Shown here piece after piece: positions 58,948 to 64,000 of a stretch of 64,000 bases of DNA. Position 1 is the stretch's first letter; each line of letters starts with the position of its first letter. Source of the DNA: Clostridiales bacterium UBA4698. Its GTDB lineage: Bacteria > Bacillota > Clostridia > TANB77 > UBA1234. The notes beneath the pieces are model-generated. The model was not told where the DNA came from. It saw only the letters and a program-made list of their open reading frames with translations, and made no database searches. The position numbers and the translations under genes were made by a program. The stretch covers positions 4,056-68,055 of the forward strand of contig DHKI01000014.1 in assembly GCA_002404755.1 (NCBI GenBank), read 5' to 3'.

Positions 58948-60261
58948 CTATTTCAACTTCTCTATTACCGCATCCACACTTAATTTTTCTTGTTCGCCAG
59001 TTTGCATATTTTTTAATGTATATATTTTTGTTTTTCTTTCTTCTTCGCCTATTATTAAAATATAAGGTATGGCAAGCTTGTCAGCGTATTTCATTTTTGC
59101 TTTTGGCTTTTTGTTTTCAACATACACTTCTACTTGAATTCCGGCATCTCTTATCTCTGATGATACTTTTAATGCTTCATTTATATCGTCATCCATTGAA
59201 ATAACTAGTAATTTTGCAATTGAATTTCTTTCTGCTTTTATTAGTTTAGCTTCGTTTAGTTGGAAGAAAAGTCTTGTTAAACCTATTGATATTCCAACGC
59301 CAGGAAGCTTCTTGTCTGTGTAGAATTCTGCCAAGTTATCATATCTTCCGCCTGAACAAATACTGCCTAAGCTCTTGTAATCGTTTAACAATGTCTCATA
59401 TACTGTACCAGTGTAATAGTCTAATCCTCTTGCAATCTTTAAATCAATAGTAAAATATTCATCCGGAACGCCAAACATTTTGATTGCTGATACAACTGTT
59501 TCAAGTTCGCTTACGCCTTCCTTGAATAAATCGTTTTCTATATTTATATTTTTAAGTGCATTTACTTTTTCATCAGTTGTTCCTGTTATTAAAATAAATT
59601 CAATAATCTTATTTAGTGCAGAGTCATCAACTTCTATTTTAGTAAGTTCTGCTTTAACGCCATCCTCGCCGATTTTGTCAAACTTATCAATAATTCTCAT
59701 AACATCAGCAGCATTTTCTTTAAGACCTAAACTTTCAAATAATCCATTTAAAATTTTACGATTATTCATGTATATTGTAAAGTTATCAAATCCTAAGTTT
59801 TTGAATGTTTTGTATATAACTGCTGGCATTTCAGCTTCGTTTATAACACTTATCTCGCCATCACCAATTATATCAATATCACATTGATAAAACTCTCTAT
59901 ATCTGCCTCTTTGTGGCTTTTCGCCTCTATACACTTTACCTATTTGATATCTTCTAAAAGGAAAACTCAAATTTCCATAATATTCTGATACATACTTAGC
60001 AAGAGGCACTGTTAAGTCAAATCTTAATGATAAATCGTTTTCTCCTTTTTCAAATCTATATATTTGTTTTTCAGTCTCGCCACCAGCTTTTGCAAGCAAT
60101 ACATCTGAATACTCTATAATTGGCGTATCTATTGGCAAAAATCCAAAACTTTCATAAGATTTTTTTATAGTATCCATCATTTGATTAAATAATATTTGTT
60201 CATTTGGTAATAATTCCATAAAACCAGCAATGGTTTTGGGTTCAACTCTTTTATTTTCCAT
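58948..60261 (-). CDS. hisS: Histidine--tRNA ligase
   Basis: Class II motifs: RYREFYQCD and GGRYDNL. C-terminal anticodon-binding domain. The start is set at MENKRVEPK. Confidence 0.9.
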   Translation of the reverse strand: MENKRVEPKTIAGFMELLPNEQILFNQMMDTIKKSYESFGFLPIDTPIIEYSDVLLAKAGGETEKQIYRFEKGENDLSLRFDLTVPLAKYVSEYYGNLSFPFRRYQIGKVYRGEKPQRGRYREFYQCDIDIIGDGEISVINEAEMPAVIYKTFKNLGFDNFTIYMNNRKILNGLFESLGLKENAADVMRIIDKFDKIGEDGVKAELTKIEVDDSALNKIIEFILITGTTDEKVNALKNINIENDLFKEGVSELETVVSAIKMFGVPDEYFTIDLKIARGLDYYTGTVYETLLNDYKSLGSICSGGRYDNLAEFYTDKKLPGVGISIGLTRLFFQLNEAKLIKAERNSIAKLLVISMDDDINEALKVSSEIRDAGIQVEVYVENKKPKAKMKYADKLAIPYILIIGEEERKTKIYTLKNMQTGEQEKLSVDAVIEKLK

Positions 60262-60430
60262 ATACATTCTCCTTTTTGTTTTATTTATATTATCATACCT
60301 ATGCCACTTCTTCAATTAAGAAAGATTAAAATCTATGAATTGAGTTTTTATTTTTATATATCAAACACTAAACCCAAACTAACTAATTATTCTTGAATAA
60401 CAGAAAAAATATGTATCTTTCTTTATATAA

Positions 60431-60468
60431 CGAAAAAAGTGTAGGTATATAAATCTACCTACACTTTT
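60431..60468 (-). terminator. Rho-independent terminator between the tiny Cys-protein operon and hisS
   Basis: aaaagtgtaggta (60435-47) pairs with tacctacactttt (60456-68). A T-run follows on the minus strand. Confidence 0.6.
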
Positions 60469-60622
60469 AATAAGCCTATAACTTTATAATAAATATATCT
60501 TATTTAGTAGGTAAACTTTTTAAACACCACAAGTAGCACTTAAAGCACCCACTAAAATCAGGTACCATAAGTGCTAAATATGCATGTGAAGTTCCATATA
60601 AGATATATTATTTTTCATAAAA

Positions 60623-60748
60623 TTACTCCGCCTTTCCGCATGCTTGACTTCCGTCAACATCTTCGCCATAATATGCACTATCTCTGTTTCCACATTGACC
60701 TTTTCCAACGTTTCCGCTTTCATACCAGTCACAGCTATTACATAACAT
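60623..60748 (-). CDS. Tiny 4-Cys protein (41 aa)
   Basis: Sequence MLCNSCDWYESGNVGKGQCGNRDSAYYGEDVDGSQACGKAE with an AAGGAG RBS. Confidence 0.5.
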   Translation of the reverse strand: MLCNSCDWYESGNVGKGQCGNRDSAYYGEDVDGSQACGKAE

Positions 60749-60760
60749 AAAACTCACTCC

Positions 60761-60892
60761 TTACTCTTCTTCTTCATAACACTTACAAGAATCATAAACA
60801 TCTTCTATGTCTGCTTTATCTATGCCACACCAATATCCAGTGTTAGAATACCCTTTTAAATTTACACAATTTTTACAATACTCTCCTTGCAT
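60761..60892 (-). CDS. Tiny Cys-rich protein (43 aa), paralogue of the downstream gene
   Basis: Sequence MQGEYCKNCVNLKGYSNTGYWCGIDKADIEDVYDSCKCYEEEE with an AAGGAGG RBS. Confidence 0.5.
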   Translation of the reverse strand: MQGEYCKNCVNLKGYSNTGYWCGIDKADIEDVYDSCKCYEEEE

Positions 60893-60933
60893 AAAGAACG
60901 CCTCCTTTTCGCTTTCTTTTACACGCAAGTGTT

Positions 60934-60962
60934 ATTTTACCACAAAATAGTAAACTTTTCAA
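60934..60962 (-). promoter_or_regulatory. Sigma-A promoter of the tiny Cys-protein operon
   Basis: On the minus strand: TTGAAA (60957-62), a 17-nt spacer containing a TG two nt upstream of the -10 hexamer, then TAAAAT (60934-39). Confidence 0.55.
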
Positions 60963-61099
60963 TAGTCTTTTAAAATTATGTAACCCAATTTGATAAATAT
61001 ATGCCTTCTTGCAAAGATTTTGTCATAATCTATGGTCTATCGCTAAACAAGTTTTGTGTTTTATAATCATCATGTATATTATCATCTACCATGCATAAT

Positions 61100-62455
61100 C
61101 TAATTGCTTCCAAGTTCTTTCTTTACAACATCTGCAACTTCTTCTGCCACTTTTTTCATAATCTTTTTATCTTCACATTCAACCATTACTCTTAGTTTTG
61201 GCTCTGTTCCAGATGGTCTTACGACTATTCTTCCAATGTCTGATAGTTCTTCTTTTGCCTTATCTATAGCTTCTTTTACACCCTTGTTTGTATAGAATTT
61301 AACTTTTCCCTCTTGTTTTACTGGCACATTTATCGAAATTTGTGGATATTTTTTCATTATTTTTGCAAGCTCAGATAATTTTTTACCACTTCTCTTAACC
61401 AAACTTAAAAGTTGAATTGCTGTTAACTCTCCATCACCTGTTGTTGCAAAGTCTCTAAATATAACATGACCAGATTGCTCACCACCAAAGTTATATTCTT
61501 CAAGCAACATTTCTTCTAACACGAATTTATCTCCCACTTTAGTTGCTATAAAGTTTACTCCATTAGCTTCACAATATTTTATAAATCCCATATTTGTAAG
61601 AATTGTTCCAATAGCAGTATTTTTAGCAAGTTTGCCTCTTTCCATCATATCTTTTGAGCATATTGCCATGATTTGATCACCATCGATTAGCTCACCTTTT
61701 TCATCTACGCAAAGACATCTGTCGGCATCTCCATCAAAAGCAACACCCATGTCTAATTTATTATCAACAACATATTTGGCAAGTGCTTCTATGTGAGTAG
61801 AACCACAATTTTCATTTATATTTATTCCATCTGGCTCATTATACAAAATCTTTGCATTAGCACCAAGTTGACTAAATAATGTTTCCGCAGTAACACTAGC
61901 ACTACCATTTGCACAGTCAACTGCTATGTTAAGTCCATCAAGTGAAGCTGGAATTGTGCTCTTTAAATGCTCTATGTAATCCTTTACGGCATTTTTAGCA
62001 TAAGAAACTTTGCCCACATCTGCTCCTGTAACGACTTCATTTGAAAATGCATCATTAAATATAATTTCTTCAATTTGATCTTCAAGTGCATCAGGAAGTT
62101 TGTATCCATCACCACTGAACATTTTTATTCCATTAAATTCAGCTGAGTTGTGTGATGCAGAAATCATTACACCAGCATCAGCTTTGTATTTTCCTATAAG
62201 ATATGCAACCGCAGGAGTTGGTACAACTCCTAAAAGAAGGACATCTGCTCCCACAGAGCAAAGTCCAGCTGTTATAGATGACGAAAGCATTTCTGAAGAA
62301 ATTCTCGTATCCATACCAATAACAAAAAGTGGTCTACGTCTTGCATTATTAGACAAAACCATTGCCGCAGCCTTTCCTAATTTTGTTGCAAGTTCTATTG
62401 TAAGCTCTGAATTTGCAATACCTCTAACGCCATCTGTTCCAAATAATCTTCCCAT
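61100..62455 (-). CDS. glmM: Phosphoglucosamine mutase
   Basis: Phosphoserine loop ISASHNSAEFNGIK and Mg site FDGDADRC. 451 aa. Confidence 0.95.
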   Translation of the reverse strand: MGRLFGTDGVRGIANSELTIELATKLGKAAAMVLSNNARRRPLFVIGMDTRISSEMLSSSITAGLCSVGADVLLLGVVPTPAVAYLIGKYKADAGVMISASHNSAEFNGIKMFSGDGYKLPDALEDQIEEIIFNDAFSNEVVTGADVGKVSYAKNAVKDYIEHLKSTIPASLDGLNIAVDCANGSASVTAETLFSQLGANAKILYNEPDGININENCGSTHIEALAKYVVDNKLDMGVAFDGDADRCLCVDEKGELIDGDQIMAICSKDMMERGKLAKNTAIGTILTNMGFIKYCEANGVNFIATKVGDKFVLEEMLLEEYNFGGEQSGHVIFRDFATTGDGELTAIQLLSLVKRSGKKLSELAKIMKKYPQISINVPVKQEGKVKFYTNKGVKEAIDKAKEELSDIGRIVVRPSGTEPKLRVMVECEDKKIMKKVAEEVADVVKKELGSN

Positions 62456-62464
62456 ATTAAACTC

Positions 62465-63136
62465 CTATTCTTTAATTTTTTTAACTATATGCTCACTATC
62501 TTTGTATATACTATCTTCTTCAACTGTTCCACGTACCATATTAGAAGGATAAACTATACTATTTCTTCCAACAATCGTACCAGGGCAAAGCACTGTGTTA
62601 CAACCGATTTCCACATTATCTCCTAAAATAGCACCCATCTTTTTCATGCCTGTATCTTTTCTTTTATTACCATCTGAAACTTTAACTAATTTTTTATCAC
62701 TTTTAACATTACTTGTAATTGACCCTGCACCCATATGAGCCTTGTATCCTAGTATTGAATCACCAACATAATTGTAGTGAGGAACTTGAACATTATCAAA
62801 TAAAATAACATTCTTTAACTCTGTTGAATTACCTACAACAGCATTTTTACCAACAATTGCACTACCTCTAATAAAAGCACAATGCCTTATTTCAGCTTCA
62901 TCATCTATAATACATGGTCCACCTATGTATGCTGTTGGAAACACTTTAGCAGATTTTGCTATCCATACATCATCACTTGGATGATTAAATTCATCTTCAG
63001 GAAGTGTTTTACCAAGTTCTAAAATAAAGTTCTTTATATCCGGCAAAACATTCCACGGGAACTCCTTATCATCAAAAATTTTCTTAGCGATAGTTTTATC
63101 TGTGTCTAATAAGTTTTCAATCTCTAATTCTTTCAT
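62465..63136 (-). CDS. Left-handed beta-helix (hexapeptide-repeat) transferase, similar to the GlmU C-terminal domain
   Basis: Repeated [LIV]-G-x4 hexapeptides (IRGSAIVGKNAVVGNSTEL..., ILGDNVEIGCNTVL). Located between glmS and glmM. Confidence 0.6.
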   Translation of the reverse strand: MKELEIENLLDTDKTIAKKIFDDKEFPWNVLPDIKNFILELGKTLPEDEFNHPSDDVWIAKSAKVFPTAYIGGPCIIDDEAEIRHCAFIRGSAIVGKNAVVGNSTELKNVILFDNVQVPHYNYVGDSILGYKAHMGAGSITSNVKSDKKLVKVSDGNKRKDTGMKKMGAILGDNVEIGCNTVLCPGTIVGRNSIVYPSNMVRGTVEEDSIYKDSEHIVKKIKE

Positions 63137-63221
63137 ATCTTACCTCTTTTCTATTTGAGGAGAGAAGCAAAAAGTCAATTTGCTCTGAAACTTTTTGCTC
63201 CTATTCCTAAAAGTTTTAAGC

Positions 63222-64000
63222 TTATTCAACTGTTACTGACTTTGCCAAATTTCTAGGCTTATCTACATCTAGATTTTTCATAACTGTTACATGATATGCC
63301 AAAAGCTGCATCGGTATTATAGCAACAATTGGTGCCAAGAATTCATTTACACTCGGTAGTACAATTATATCATCGTATATATCCTTTGGCAAATCGGCTA
63401 TTGTTGTTACAACCATAACCTCTGCTCCTCTAGCTTTTATTTCTTTTATATTGCTAATTGACTTATCTAATAACTTCTTTGAAGTACAAAATGCTATTGC
63501 ATGTGTTCCCTCTTCAATTAACGCAATTGGTCCATGTTTTAGCTCACCAAATTGCAATGCATCCGAATGAATATATGATATCTCTTTTAATTTTAGTGCT
63601 GCTTCTAAGGCTATATAATAATCCAATCCTCTTCCCAAAAAGTACACGTCTCTGTCGTTCACTATTTTTTCTGCATATTCTATATACTCGCTATCATTTT
63701 CTAATACTTCTTGAACTTTCATTGGAAGAAGTTTCATTTCTTCAATTAAACCTTCTAATGTACTTTTTTCACATATTCCTCTCTGCATTGCCAAATATAT
63801 TGCGAAAATATCTAAAAGCACCACTTGTGCAATATAAGCTTTTGTTGAAGCAACTGCAATTTCTGGCCCAGCCTTTGTATATAACACATTGTCGCTCATT
63901 CTATCAATTGTACTTTCTTTTACATTTACGATTGATAAATGCTTTATTCCTCTTTCCTTTGCAAGCTCCAAGCCTGCTATTGTATCTGCTGTTTCTCCAG
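63222..64000 (-). CDS. glmS: Glutamine--fructose-6-phosphate aminotransferase, C-terminal SIS part (5' end lies outside the window)
   Basis: SIS-domain sequence ending in the canonical ...PRNLAKSVTVE. The frame stays open to the window edge. Confidence 0.9.
   Translation of the reverse strand, partial: GETADTIAGLELAKERGIKHLSIVNVKESTIDRMSDNVLYTKAGPEIAVASTKAYIAQVVLLDIFAIYLAMQRGICEKSTLEGLIEEMKLLPMKVQEVLENDSEYIEYAEKIVNDRDVYFLGRGLDYYIALEAALKLKEISYIHSDALQFGELKHGPIALIEEGTHAIAFCTSKKLLDKSISNIKEIKARGAEVMVVTTIADLPKDIYDDIIVLPSVNEFLAPIVAIIPMQLLAYHVTVMKNLDVDKPRNLAKSVTVE

Overview
The window is a chromosomal segment of a low-G+C, endospore-forming Firmicute (Clostridia-like). Almost all genes lie on the minus strand. 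Core content: a GGGtGRT/NifU-like pair, the glycolytic cluster gap-pgk-tpiA-gpmI, gatCAB, rsgA, cdaA, a pdaA-like deacetylase, a U32 peptidase, miaB, efp, cysS, the eight-gene spoIIIA operon, a MacB-type ABC operon with a CARDB-like exported protein, hisS, and glmM plus the 3' part of glmS. tRNA-Thr(CGU) and tRNA-Leu(UAA) are also present. Accessory content is concentrated in a few places. (1) A Sau3AI-like R-M pair and a membrane-peptide/degenerate P-loop kinase pair lie between gap and a tRNA-Thr fragment. (2) An 8.7-kb element sits in tRNA-Thr, bounded by a 52-nt direct repeat. It carries a tyrosine integrase, an XRE switch, a rolling-circle Rep, a Zot/pI-like ATPase, a pVIII-like coat protein and many tiny membrane ORFs, so it looks like a filamentous (inovirus-type) prophage. 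It also contains a ~570-nt densely structured non-coding block. (3) There is an orphan DUF4435/AriB-like Toprim gene. (4) There are several tiny Cys-rich peptides and a 234-bp imperfect palindrome. (5) A cluster of truncated or interrupted genes spans 35.8-39.3 kb. (6) spoIIIAA and spoIIIAE each carry a +1 frameshift in the same local sequence context. (7) A strongly promoted two-gene cassette (51.4-53.6 kb) encodes a large protein with an embedded PemK/MazF-like domain and a very acidic partner. All functional calls come from motif recognition by eye. No database search was run.
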